Shown here piece after piece: positions 1-9,969 of a DNA stretch of 64,000 nt (position 1 is the stretch's first letter; the number at the start of each line of letters is the position of its first letter). A model generated the notes under the pieces. It was not told the DNA's origin. It ran no database searches and saw only the letters and a program-made list of their open reading frames with translations. The DNA is taken from NCBI GenBank assembly GCA_965216565.1, contig OZ244170.1, forward strand, positions 4,608,001 through 4,672,000. Direction: 5' to 3'. A program made the translations under genes and the position numbers. The stretch is from Bythopirellula sp. (GTDB lineage Bacteria; Planctomycetota; Planctomycetia; Pirellulales; Lacipirellulaceae).

Positions 1-3000
1 ACGCACACACTTCTTCAAAACCTTGGCTATTGCCCAGACGGTCAAGTCCGTTCGATTATAAGTCGACCATTCTATAAGAACAAAATCTTGCTTGGTGCCC
101 TCTACCGAGCCTACGACGCAAACTTGCTATATCAAGAGTACGGTTTGGCATCAGAGCGAAAGGGAAATTCGTATGAGTTACGAGGCGTCCCTCTCGACCT
201 GCTCGATTTCCGTTCGACGCGACGCAAGCAGCTTCTCGCCCAAATGGCGAATCATGGAACATCAGGGGGCAAGGCCGCAGCTGTTGCTGTACTCGTAGAC
301 CGTTCTTCTAAGTCTGACTTGCCGCCTTTGAGTCAACTCCGAGAAAAGTGGCCCGAGGAACACGACCGACTTTATGGATTCAACGCGAAGTACATTGAAG
401 CTTTGCGTGTACCCGTCCGCGACACCAAGCAATTTATTCCTGCCTTGTTAGAGCAGGCTGCCAAAAACGTTGTCAAAGTGCAGCATCATTTTTCAGCTCA
501 CGACTTTTTGCGAGAAGCTCTCTTTGAAGCCCCAGAATACTCCGTGTCTCCTGACGACCTCATCCCTGCTGTGAAAGAGTATCTTGCCGAGTCGGGAAAT
601 ATTATCCCAATCCCCAATCTCTACGGTGGCCAACGCTACACGACTGACCAGGTCCTTCAATTGGAGCACGGCTTGCTAACGGTCCTGCAATCCGCTTACG
701 AAGATGAGGGAGCTGTGCTTTCTGATAAGAAAGTCGATTCCGCTATTGCAGCAGCACAGCAGGAAGCGAAGGAGAAGGGCTACTCACTAACTGACGAACA
801 AATTGCAGGCATTCGCCACTTAACTCAGGACAAACATTCCGTGCGTTTGCTGCAAGGCTACGCAGGGGTTGGTAAAACGACTGCAACGCTTCGCCCGACA
901 GTTAAGGCCTTTCAGTCGGCAGGTTTCAAGGTGGTAGGTGCCGCCTACACGGGGGTCGCCGCTCAGCAGCTCGCACGTGAGACGGGTATCGAGTGCGATA
1001 CAATCCATATGACACTAGCGGACTTTGAGACCGACTGGATGGAGAGTACTAAACGTTATGCCAAGCACACCGCACGACAACTCGCTCGTGCCGCTAGGAA
1101 TCGCAAGACTTGGAAGTACCAGGGTAAGCCCGAGCCCGTGAAGTTTGACTCTAAGACGGTAATCCTAATTGACGAAGCTGGAATGGTTGGTTGCCGCCAG
1201 ACACGAATTCTATTAGAGCGGGCTCAGCTTGCCGGAGCCACCGTGCTATTTGTTGGGGACTACGCCCAACTTGGTGCCATCGAAGGTACTTCAGCCTTCT
1301 ATTCAATGTGCCAGCGTTTCGGGCACGCAAAAATTACAGATATCGTTCGCCAGAAGGAGGCTTGGGCTCGTGAAGCAGCACAACATTTTGCTTCTGGCAA
1401 TGTCGCAGCTGCATTGAAGCCCTATCAAGAACGTGGACACCTGAAGTCGTATGAAGATGTCGATACGACAATGGCTCGATTGATTGAGGCTTGGGCGAAA
1501 GTCGCTGCGTACTCTCCCAAGACTGCACGTATTATCGCTGGAACCAATGACCAGATTCATACGCTCAATCAAATGGCTCAGCAGCGACGACTCGATGAAG
1601 CCCCTGCTTCTGGCTTGAAGCACATCAGCAGGTTTCTGGATATCGAACACTTTGACGAAAAAACGAGCCGAAGTTACGAAAACAAGTGCTACGTCGGAGA
1701 CCGGGTAGTCTTCACAAAGACATCACGGAAATATGGCATTTGGAACGGTGGAGTTGGAACCGTCACGGCTTTCGACGGTGGCAACATAGTCGTCGAACTT
1801 GATGACGGTGTGACCACAAAAGTTCCCGTAGTGGGGGAAAATGCGTTTCGCAATGTGAGACTCGGCTATGCTTCTACAACAGAGAAGGGTCAAGGCAGTA
1901 CCTTTCCGATAGTCTTCACTCTGCTAGCCGGTACCACGATGGATTTGCCGCACAGCTATGTACAGGGAACACGCAGTACTGACTCCACTTGGTTCTATAC
2001 AACCAAGGACCTGTACGACGAACTCCAGGACCTCGAAGAATCCCCTCTTGTATCACAAATGGAGCGGTCAGTTGACCTGTCCCTTGCCGCCGATTTATTC
2101 ACTGCACCGACCGGCTCCGCAAATTCTCATCACGAGCTTCATAATGTTATTCTTGAAGACTGGATAAAACTTCAGAAGCATGGCTCAGCCACGCCTCAGA
2201 TAATTACCCCGACCGTTGGAGAAGCGGCAGAACTGAACGAACGTTGTCATCAGATTAAACTCGCCATGGCTCAGAGTGATTGGGAGCGAAAGAAACGACA
2301 GGAGGAAGAACTTCTTGCAGAGGAAACAGCCGATTTGCCTGACAACCAGTTTCCAGGGGGAAATGACGAAATGGGCGAGGAAACTGAAATGGAACAAGAA
2401 CCTGTCGAGTCCAGCGAAACATCCGACTCCGCAACTGAACTGCAAACAGACAAGCCACTACACGAGGTTGATTGGGCTGCAGGTCTCCAAAAACCCAACG
2501 TGCTGGAAGTCAATGGAATCAAGCTTGTCGCAGGGACGCCGATTCAGTTTACATCCCTTACGCAAGGAGCAGCAATTTACAAAGGTGAAACCGGCACCGT
2601 CTCTCTAGTAGACCGTGCACGCGGGACTTTCTCCGTAATCATGGACCTTGGCAAAAGACTCAAAACGTTCGCTGCTGAAGCAGAAGATGAGTTTCGACTC
2701 AACTACGCAAACGACTATTCTTTCAAGACCTTTCAAACGAGGATGGATTTAGAGGTCACCAGACTCAAGATGATAGAACGAGGACTACCTGCTCCACCTG
2801 ATTCGCTGCTGGTAAACCCTCACCTTTTCCAAAAGTCCGCGAAACCCGCTTACGAGACCGAACATGATTTTCTTCGCTGGAAACCGAGCGACCCCAGACC
2901 GGCTACTATCTTCAGTACCCCAGCAACCGACCTCACTGATATGAACGGCCAGTCGATATTGCCTACTAGTGCTACCTATATCTATCAGCAAAACGAATCT

Positions 3001-3177
3001 CAGCAACACCAAGACGAGCAGCAACGGGAATACGCCCGTAAGGCGGCTGAATGGGCTCTCAAACTACAGGCCATCAACCAAACAATTAACACACATACTC
3101 AGCAGGCGACGTATTTGCAGCAAGTGGGGCATGGAGCTTCGCAAACACAAGTACAAAGCCAAACAATTGGATTCTAA
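1..3177 (+). CDS. MobF/TrwC-type relaxase fused to a RecD-like SF1 helicase (5' end outside the window)
   Basis: Frame is open from base 1 (THTLLQN...LGALYRA, the tail of the MobF HxH motif III region); Walker A GYAGVGKT, Walker B ILIDEAGM, VGDYAQL, RLGYAST.EKGQG. Confidence 0.9.
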   Translation, partial: THTLLQNLGYCPDGQVRSIISRPFYKNKILLGALYRAYDANLLYQEYGLASERKGNSYELRGVPLDLLDFRSTRRKQLLAQMANHGTSGGKAAAVAVLVDRSSKSDLPPLSQLREKWPEEHDRLYGFNAKYIEALRVPVRDTKQFIPALLEQAAKNVVKVQHHFSAHDFLREALFEAPEYSVSPDDLIPAVKEYLAESGNIIPIPNLYGGQRYTTDQVLQLEHGLLTVLQSAYEDEGAVLSDKKVDSAIAAAQQEAKEKGYSLTDEQIAGIRHLTQDKHSVRLLQGYAGVGKTTATLRPTVKAFQSAGFKVVGAAYTGVAAQQLARETGIECDTIHMTLADFETDWMESTKRYAKHTARQLARAARNRKTWKYQGKPEPVKFDSKTVILIDEAGMVGCRQTRILLERAQLAGATVLFVGDYAQLGAIEGTSAFYSMCQRFGHAKITDIVRQKEAWAREAAQHFASGNVAAALKPYQERGHLKSYEDVDTTMARLIEAWAKVAAYSPKTARIIAGTNDQIHTLNQMAQQRRLDEAPASGLKHISRFLDIEHFDEKTSRSYENKCYVGDRVVFTKTSRKYGIWNGGVGTVTAFDGGNIVVELDDGVTTKVPVVGENAFRNVRLGYASTTEKGQGSTFPIVFTLLAGTTMDLPHSYVQGTRSTDSTWFYTTKDLYDELQDLEESPLVSQMERSVDLSLAADLFTAPTGSANSHHELHNVILEDWIKLQKHGSATPQIITPTVGEAAELNERCHQIKLAMAQSDWERKKRQEEELLAEETADLPDNQFPGGNDEMGEETEMEQEPVESSETSDSATELQTDKPLHEVDWAAGLQKPNVLEVNGIKLVAGTPIQFTSLTQGAAIYKGETGTVSLVDRARGTFSVIMDLGKRLKTFAAEAEDEFRLNYANDYSFKTFQTRMDLEVTRLKMIERGLPAPPDSLLVNPHLFQKSAKPAYETEHDFLRWKPSDPRPATIFSTPATDLTDMNGQSILPTSATYIYQQNESQQHQDEQQREYARKAAEWALKLQAINQTINTHTQQATYLQQVGHGASQTQVQSQTIGF

Positions 3178-3179
3178 CT

Positions 3180-5468
3180 ATGGACTATACGCTACCCAAT
3201 GAAGATGGAAAACCGTATGACTTCGCCGACCCAGAGTTTTGGGAAAGCTATGGAGCCGAATCGGCAGCCGCCTTGTGTTTTGCACGCGGATTCCCCCGGT
3301 ATTGGCGAGATGTTGCGGGCTGGTATAGTATGCCAGGACGACACGAGCGGGCTGCTAGCAACTGGCGTCAAGACCACTATTGGAAGCTTGCATCACTGAT
3401 AGAAATACCATTATTCACGGAAGAAGCATTGGGTATCGAGCAATTGATATTCAACGAGAAGCATCTTCGCAAGTTTGTCTCCGATAAAGGTGCTGAGTCG
3501 AATAGAAAGTTAGCAAGACGACGAGGGTACAAGGTCGGTTCATTGGGGAATTCTCACGTTTCTTGCGGACCTCATGCCTACATCCTAGATGACTATTTTG
3601 ACCGCACTAAAGATTTCTCGCTTGACTTATGGGTTGCAATTGCTCGCACTTATGTCGACGCACTTATCAACGCCAACATCTCCCCTCGTTCCATACGTTC
3701 CGGTCTGAAATTACGCGAGCGATTGTTGGATGGAGCCGAGTATCTAGGCCGCACCCGGCTTGGACACCAAGAAATACTTGAGGTAAGTAGTAGCGGGTCC
3801 ATTCGGTGGGGGCCACTGCTTTATGACTGTAGGGACGCGACAAAGCTTCACTTCCTCGTCGTTGGCATGCCTCGTAGCGGCAAAACAACGTTGCTACGCC
3901 TGTTAATCCAAAGCCTCCATCGCGAGCGAAAGACGCGATGCATCGTCTACGATTTCAAGACCGACCTTATCCCTGCCCTCAAACCTCCTGGTATAGATTC
4001 GTTCACCAGTTACTACCATCTCTTGAACCCCTACGACTCTCGTAGCTCAGCTTGGGACGTTGCAAAAGATGTCGATGATAGCTCGGCGGAAACTCTGGCC
4101 TCAATTCTCATGGGTACTGAGCAACAAGGCGGCGACAAATACTTCAAGAGGATTCCACGCAACATACTCTCGGCTACAGTACGAGCCCTCATCTCGAAAG
4201 CAGGTAACAAATGGACGTTGCTAGACCTCATGCTGGCAATCCAATCTGAGAACATTCGCTCTGTCCTTGCCGCAACACCCGAGGGACGGAGGGTCTATAA
4301 CACCAACATCAAAGGTGGTGGAGAATCAGGGACTCAGCAAAATGTCATCAGCGAACTCCATGACTGTTCCCAACGATACCTCAGAATTGCATCCGCTTGG
4401 TCAAGATGTTCCAAGAAGTTAAGCCTTCGGGAATGGGCCTTGAATGACTCGAAAGGAATAGTACTCGGCAATAGCATTCGTAATTCTGCGAGTATCAAAC
4501 CTGTTATCCGAGCCATCATTCATTTCCTTTTTTATGAACTGCTGGATAATACAGCTAAGAAGCCACACCATACATTCATGGTACTGGACGAATTCTCCAG
4601 GCTAGGACTTCTTCCCCAAATCAGCGATGTTATGGAAGCCGCCCCCAGCCAAGGATTGTCGCTCGCATTGGGCATACACGACTTGGAAACGGTAAAAAGC
4701 GTCTATGGCCAGTCTGCTACAGCGATTCTGGGGGCTTGTGGGATGCGGGCGTACCTTCGAAATGAAAACCCGGAAACCGTCCGCTGGTTGTCTAGGCAAT
4801 TCGGAGACCAAGACGTCCTGATTGAGCGTGAGTCAAGTTCTCAATCTGAATCGGAATCTCTAGCAGAAACGGAGGGGGAAGAAGCACGTCGAAGCCAGGG
4901 GAGTACATTAGGCAGAAGTAAGCAGCAAATTACTCGTTCAGCGGTCAGCCCCGAGTGCTTCATGCAGCTTCCCCTTGCAGACGCATATGACGGAATCACA
5001 GGTTACTTTGCGGGGCCAGACCACCCTCCCTATAGAGGAGTGCTAAACGATGAGGTGTTTTCCACCGGTACTAAGAGCGATGAAGACGGAACAGCAGTAC
5101 GCAACTACTTCCTGTGGCATTGCGATGAGGACGAACGCGAATGCGAATTCCTGGCAACTCCGCCTGAGATGTTTTCCCCACCGGAAGATACCTTCTCCAC
5201 ATTGGAAGCTCTCGGTTTCGAATATGACCCAGACCCACATTCAAAACCGCTTCCTACTGAACGACCTAAAGCACAATCAAAGACAGACGCAAACAACGGC
5301 TCTCCTGCCAGCCCAGAAATTAGGCCGGAGGTCCCTGACTCTAATATTGAACATGCACCACACGCTTCCGTAGACATGACAAAGCAAGAAAGAAAGAATC
5401 CGCCACTCAGTGATTGCGTTTGGGATGACGAACTTCAGAATTGGCGACTGAAGACTGATAGCGACTGA
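3180..5468 (+). CDS. Type IV secretion coupling protein (TraD/TrwB-like ATPase)
   Basis: Walker A GMPRSGKT, YDFK, NPYDSRS..WD, Walker B VLDEFSRLG; starts 2 nt after the relaxase stop. Confidence 0.88.
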   Translation: MDYTLPNEDGKPYDFADPEFWESYGAESAAALCFARGFPRYWRDVAGWYSMPGRHERAASNWRQDHYWKLASLIEIPLFTEEALGIEQLIFNEKHLRKFVSDKGAESNRKLARRRGYKVGSLGNSHVSCGPHAYILDDYFDRTKDFSLDLWVAIARTYVDALINANISPRSIRSGLKLRERLLDGAEYLGRTRLGHQEILEVSSSGSIRWGPLLYDCRDATKLHFLVVGMPRSGKTTLLRLLIQSLHRERKTRCIVYDFKTDLIPALKPPGIDSFTSYYHLLNPYDSRSSAWDVAKDVDDSSAETLASILMGTEQQGGDKYFKRIPRNILSATVRALISKAGNKWTLLDLMLAIQSENIRSVLAATPEGRRVYNTNIKGGGESGTQQNVISELHDCSQRYLRIASAWSRCSKKLSLREWALNDSKGIVLGNSIRNSASIKPVIRAIIHFLFYELLDNTAKKPHHTFMVLDEFSRLGLLPQISDVMEAAPSQGLSLALGIHDLETVKSVYGQSATAILGACGMRAYLRNENPETVRWLSRQFGDQDVLIERESSSQSESESLAETEGEEARRSQGSTLGRSKQQITRSAVSPECFMQLPLADAYDGITGYFAGPDHPPYRGVLNDEVFSTGTKSDEDGTAVRNYFLWHCDEDERECEFLATPPEMFSPPEDTFSTLEALGFEYDPDPHSKPLPTERPKAQSKTDANNGSPASPEIRPEVPDSNIEHAPHASVDMTKQERKNPPLSDCVWDDELQNWRLKTDSD

Positions 5469-5496
5469 GTCATCGCGTACGAAGTCGATGACTCAG
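5465..5496. terminator. Hairpin between convergent genes
   Basis: Perfect 11-bp inverted repeat CTGAGTCATCG / CGATGACTCAG with a 10-nt loop; no clear U-tract. Confidence 0.5.
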
Positions 5497-5521
5497 CACA
5501 TATAACTTTGATAAGCACACA

Positions 5522-5977
5522 TCACATCGACGCAAACTCTTCCGCGTATCCAATTACAACATGCGGCTTGCCATTCTCTTCGCTCTCTTTCACGTAAAGC
5601 GGCTTGATGCATCCGGTTCCCCAATCATCTTCGGTCGGCAAGAAACATTGGAAGCGGGCCGTCTCGGCTCCAAAGCGTTTTGCTTTCTGCATCGCGTAGG
5701 CTGCTAGCCATAGCACGTCGTTTCCCCGACCAGTAACCGTCTGGAAAGATTTGGCCAGGGGAGCAATCGAGACGATGCTCTTCCAGAGTTCAGCGGTGAC
5801 TGCCACTTGGATACGATAGCGGGCTGGGCCAAAACCCATCTCACGTTGGACCCAACTGGTGACGTTTACCACGAGCCCGTTGTCCAGAGCATGCTGGAAT
5901 GAGTACTCACTCGGGACACTGCTAAAACTCTCGGCAGAAAGGTCGAAGGCTGCGTTGTCGAATTTCTTGATGGTCAT
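5522..5977 (-). CDS. DUF6573-like protein
   Basis: YSFQHALDNGLVVNV...VAVTAELW...GRGNDVLW fits the DUF6573 pattern (recognised by eye). Confidence 0.65.
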   Translation of the reverse strand: MTIKKFDNAAFDLSAESFSSVPSEYSFQHALDNGLVVNVTSWVQREMGFGPARYRIQVAVTAELWKSIVSIAPLAKSFQTVTGRGNDVLWLAAYAMQKAKRFGAETARFQCFLPTEDDWGTGCIKPLYVKESEENGKPHVVIGYAEEFASM

Positions 5978-6210
5978 ATCGGCTACTCCTTGATGCCCAA
6001 CCGTGCGAGAGATTGGGTCGTTTTGCCATGGGCAGTCCGACTCTTATCTGTCGTGACCTGACTGGATTGGTATGTGCCGACTGTTGCCACAGAGAAACTC
6101 GGCAAACAGTCTGCGGCCAACAGTTGCGTAAAGCAACTTTTCTCGTCGGTTGTGCATAACTCTCCAATTGACGAGTCGATCGAGGTTGGCTTGTCGCTCA
6201 AGGAGGTAAT

Positions 6211-7278
6211 ATGCGACGCAATAAAGGCGACCAGCTTGCTGAAGCGGCTCGACTCAAGGCTCTGACAAACGGCAGCTTAATCGACGTGAGCGATGTGGCC
6301 CATTCGACGGGCATTTCATTGCCAGTGTCCCTGTCACGAGGATTGTGGTCGAGTCTGGTGCGAACGTTTCCCTCTGCACGACCTGGTGATTATTGTTCGC
6401 TAGAGCAGATGCTCAGCCAATTGCGAGGCATTGTCGCAGAGGAATGTCTAATCAAAAATGAGTTTCGCTACTTCGTGCCAGATGAACGACCGACTTGGAT
6501 TGGCAGTGCCTTCCTAGTCCGCGTTCAATTCAACTATGTGAATGACCGAATCGCAGCGGTAATTATCTGCTCTGTCGAGGAGCTGTTTAGTCACAAACTT
6601 CCCCCTTCGCCTGCTGTCATACCGAGTGCGTTGATGGTTCGCTTGTTTCGCGTGCTGTTGCAGTTTCCACTCTGTGGAAGAGGTCCAGATATAGTTCTGC
6701 TAGAACGAATGCGGGAGACGGCAAACTTGCTCATGAGAGCATGTCCGCTGAAAGGTGAGATGTACGATTACTTCAGTCGCTGGCGACCGCACCGACCATC
6801 TGGGTTTTCCAATCTAGAGTTCAGGGCCGTATTGTCGCGGACGCTAGGAGAACTGTTGATTTGTATCGGGGCTTGTGAAACGGAGGCCAATGCTCCGTTA
6901 GTAAACGATTTGACGAAATACCATTTGGCACTCGCTTCGCCGCTGTCCGACTTAGCGGAAATTACCGAATCGCTCGTCAAATTGGCGGCAAGATTGCCTT
7001 ATCAAGAGGGGCCGATTGTGTTTAACTCGTTTCGCCCACTGCTTGAAGCTTGTCTGGAGATGCGATACTCGCTCGACAAAGGTTCGACGACTATTCCTGC
7101 CCAGGCTCTCACAACATTGCGAGTACAGTTTCCTCGCCTGGATGAACTGGTTGTTGGAGCAGACAGGGAGGAGTATTTGCGTCTTCGTCAGTGGTTTGAG
7201 AACATTGACGATGGTTCGCCGTTGGGGAACTATGTGAATCTGGGACGGTGGAAAGGACCAGAGCCTGTTTGGCAGTAG
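6211..7278 (+). CDS. Hypothetical protein with an N-terminal DUF6573-like segment
   Basis: RBS AGGAGGT before ATG; ALTNGSLIDVSDVAHSTGISLPVSLSRGLW resembles the DUF6573 N-terminus; helical C-terminus not recognised. Confidence 0.6.
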   Translation: MRRNKGDQLAEAARLKALTNGSLIDVSDVAHSTGISLPVSLSRGLWSSLVRTFPSARPGDYCSLEQMLSQLRGIVAEECLIKNEFRYFVPDERPTWIGSAFLVRVQFNYVNDRIAAVIICSVEELFSHKLPPSPAVIPSALMVRLFRVLLQFPLCGRGPDIVLLERMRETANLLMRACPLKGEMYDYFSRWRPHRPSGFSNLEFRAVLSRTLGELLICIGACETEANAPLVNDLTKYHLALASPLSDLAEITESLVKLAARLPYQEGPIVFNSFRPLLEACLEMRYSLDKGSTTIPAQALTTLRVQFPRLDELVVGADREEYLRLRQWFENIDDGSPLGNYVNLGRWKGPEPVWQ

Positions 7279-7536
7279 TGTTGATGGTTTTCTATGGGAT
7301 TCGTTTCGCTGACGAGGACCTGCGGGACTCCCGAACGACAAAAGCAGGCGGTTGCAGGTGACTTCGCCGCCTCAGTCGCCATTGGTCCCAGCCGTGGGTG
7401 AGGACCAACGGCGACCGGGCGGCGGAAGCAGTGAAACTGAATCACTGTAAAACTACCGATTTTCAACTTAGGAACTTGACTCGCAAGTTGGGAATAGCGT
7501 GGAATGTAATAAATATGTCAAAATGCCTGAAACGCA

Positions 7537-8328
7537 ATGGCGATTCCAATGATGCTTCCAATCGAGAAACTCCCTGATAACTTTCCGTACAAATATCTTC
7601 GCCAGCATGTTGAAGCCCACCCCTTCTCGCTTCTGTTCGTGACGATTTGCGGAGCCCATTCGTACGGTTTCGATTCGCTTGATTCCAGCTACGACCTGCG
7701 AGGCGTTCACATACTACCTCTAAAGAAGGTTGGTGTTCCCGACCCTGACCAAGGAGCTGTCGAATCATCTGCCGTACACGATGGTATCAAGATAACCCTT
7801 GCCACGGAGAATACTAAACGGTTCTTTGGCCAATTATTGGAAAACAATGGCTCCGTGTTGGAGCATCTTTTCTCGCCACTGGTAGTGCATACGACACCTG
7901 GGCATGAGGAACTCAAGGAGCTTGCAATTGACTGCATCACCCGTCAACACGCTCGCTACTACCATCAATTAGCAACGGCACAATGGAATCGGCTTCAGCA
8001 CGAAGAGAGAGCTACTATTGAGCCGCTGCTGCAAGTCTACCGCTTACTGCTAACCGGAATTCATCTAATGCGTACCGGAGCGGTCGTAACCGACCTGACA
8101 ACGCTCAATGAAACAGAAACACGGCCAGGAATTGATGAACTGATAGACCTAAGCCTTGCCGGGCCAACAATGTGTTGGCTGGAACCGTCAGACTTAGAGT
8201 TCCACGGGCAGGAATACAAGCGATTGGTTGCAGAGCTTGAGTCAGCAGCAGCGAAATCAGCATTGCCGGAGCTACCAAGTGGCAAGGATGCGTTGGACTA
8301 TCTCATGGTTCGACTTCGCATTGCCTGA
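7537..8328 (+). CDS. Pol-beta-superfamily nucleotidyltransferase (YcgL/RlaP-like)
   Basis: LLFVTICGAHSYGF.S.DSSYDLRGVH, NNGSVLEHLFSP, YRLLLTGIHLMRTG. Confidence 0.85.
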   Translation: MAIPMMLPIEKLPDNFPYKYLRQHVEAHPFSLLFVTICGAHSYGFDSLDSSYDLRGVHILPLKKVGVPDPDQGAVESSAVHDGIKITLATENTKRFFGQLLENNGSVLEHLFSPLVVHTTPGHEELKELAIDCITRQHARYYHQLATAQWNRLQHEERATIEPLLQVYRLLLTGIHLMRTGAVVTDLTTLNETETRPGIDELIDLSLAGPTMCWLEPSDLEFHGQEYKRLVAELESAAAKSALPELPSGKDALDYLMVRLRIA

Positions 8329-8398
8329 TGACTGCCTCAGGTAATTAGAATGACCCAAGATAGCATCATTTCTACGTTCTGAAAGCTAATGTCGATTG

Positions 8399-8911
8399 CT
8401 ATGCAGCTATTGGCAGCTTGGCAGTCTTGCTCGACTCACTGATGCTTTGTGATATCGTCAACACTTCCTGCACATCACGGTGGACGAGCTTCCAGTTGTA
8501 AACAGGCATTTCTTCTCCGCTACTGACAACCGAGAAGATGCCTAGCAAATAGGCCAGTCCACGTTCTAGCTTGAGAGCTTGGCTGGCAAACATGAGTTGC
8601 CGAGGCGTCCGTCCGCCAAACTCTTCGTCAATGTCTCGAATGGAGCGTATGTCTTCCACGACCAATTCGAGCAGACCGCTGTACTCAGTCAGTAGAGAAA
8701 TCGCTTGCTCCCGGTCGACGCGAAGCAATCCGTCGAGGCGGTCGAGCATTTCGGCAACCTCTTTGGCCCGCTCGACCAATCGCTCGCGTTGTGCTTGCGT
8801 GCGAAGCTCATTGGCTTGCTCGGTGAACTCCTCAGTGAATAAGTCGGTATTCTCACGTTGCTCTTGTCTATTTGGCATTGCTATCAGTAGTCCCATTGCT
8901 TCTTCCTCCAT
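8399..8911 (-). CDS. Hypothetical acidic helical/coiled-coil protein
   Basis: 170-aa ORF whose ATG overlaps the upstream stop (TAATG at 8911). Confidence 0.65.
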   Translation of the reverse strand: MEEEAMGLLIAMPNRQEQRENTDLFTEEFTEQANELRTQAQRERLVERAKEVAEMLDRLDGLLRVDREQAISLLTEYSGLLELVVEDIRSIRDIDEEFGGRTPRQLMFASQALKLERGLAYLLGIFSVVSSGEEMPVYNWKLVHRDVQEVLTISQSISESSKTAKLPIAA

Positions 8912-9678
8912 TAAGCAGCTAATTGATAAATCTTCGCTTCAAACGGTTTGACTGAGCAACGTTTCACGCGGACACAGTCGCTTGGAACCACTGGTAGTCC
9001 AGCCGTTTTTCTGGCTTTGTTTACGGCTCGCAGAATTGCAAACATTTGCCGCGTGACCCCGCCATAGGCCTCGAACGGCGAGCACTGAAACTCTCGCTCC
9101 AGTGCTATGGTCGAATGTTTGGACGTTGCCGCCACCATAAAATGATTCTTGAGATTCTGATACGCTCGTCGACTGATACGGACAGATGTTTTGCCGTTAT
9201 GGCCGATGGAGTATCCTCCAAACACGACAGGCGTTTCACGCACATCATAATATTGCCGCAGTCGGCTGATACCATCCTCGCCAACTCGTTCGTGTTCTTG
9301 AAAGAAGCTGTGAAATCCTGCCGTGGCTAACAGCACCCAAAAATCTCGATAGCGAAGATACTGCACATTGGCCAGGGGACGGCCATTGGGGCCATTGCGT
9401 TTAGTGCGTCGGTACCGCGACCACTTGCTTCGAGCGACATCGAATTTTCCGAGGATTCGTTGGTCGTGCTGCTGGGGAGTAAGCCGCTCAGGCACGCGAC
9501 CGCTTACGTAGAAAAAGTAGCGACGGGCAACATAGCCAACGGCCAGTTGCTGCACAAAGCCTTCCAGCGTGGCGGCTTCCCACTTGTAGTTCACTTGTTG
9601 TTTCACGACCCATATCCCACTTGCCGTCACGACGACGACATTTGGCTTGTTATGGGCGAAACGAGCGAGATGTTGCAC
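8911..9678 (-). CDS. Hypothetical basic (Arg/Lys/aromatic-rich) protein; true start may be a later GTG
   Basis: 255-aa ORF with globular-looking segments EGFVQQLAVGY..YFFYVSG.VP, SKWSRYRR, ANVQYLRY..FWVLLAT.G.H.FF; coupled to the downstream ORF. Confidence 0.75.
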   Translation of the reverse strand: MQHLARFAHNKPNVVVVTASGIWVVKQQVNYKWEAATLEGFVQQLAVGYVARRYFFYVSGRVPERLTPQQHDQRILGKFDVARSKWSRYRRTKRNGPNGRPLANVQYLRYRDFWVLLATAGFHSFFQEHERVGEDGISRLRQYYDVRETPVVFGGYSIGHNGKTSVRISRRAYQNLKNHFMVAATSKHSTIALEREFQCSPFEAYGGVTRQMFAILRAVNKARKTAGLPVVPSDCVRVKRCSVKPFEAKIYQLAA

Positions 9679-9969
9679 AAGAAGTGCCAGCCGCTAAGAA
9701 TCGCTTCGAGTTCGAGCTACGCAAACCTCGCAACGTGTATGTTCTTAGTTGGAAGTAGCGTAGTAAGAAGAAGTAGCGGCTGGAACAGCCGACGCTAATT
9801 GTACCTAATTGTTCAAATGAATTGAAAAGAATGGTTTGTTTGAGGCACAAACCATTCGAAAAGCCGTGAACCTTGGTGAGTAAAAACGTTGAGAGCAACC
9901 TTCATATTGAAGTCGCCCGAACATTACTTACCAAAGCAACGTCCACAGCACCTGCATCCCAGACTGAGC

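Noticed and set aside
5983..6201. 72-aa minus-strand ORF between the DUF6573-like genes
   Set aside because: TTG start overlapping the neighbour's RBS and no recognisable motif; unsupported, though not excluded
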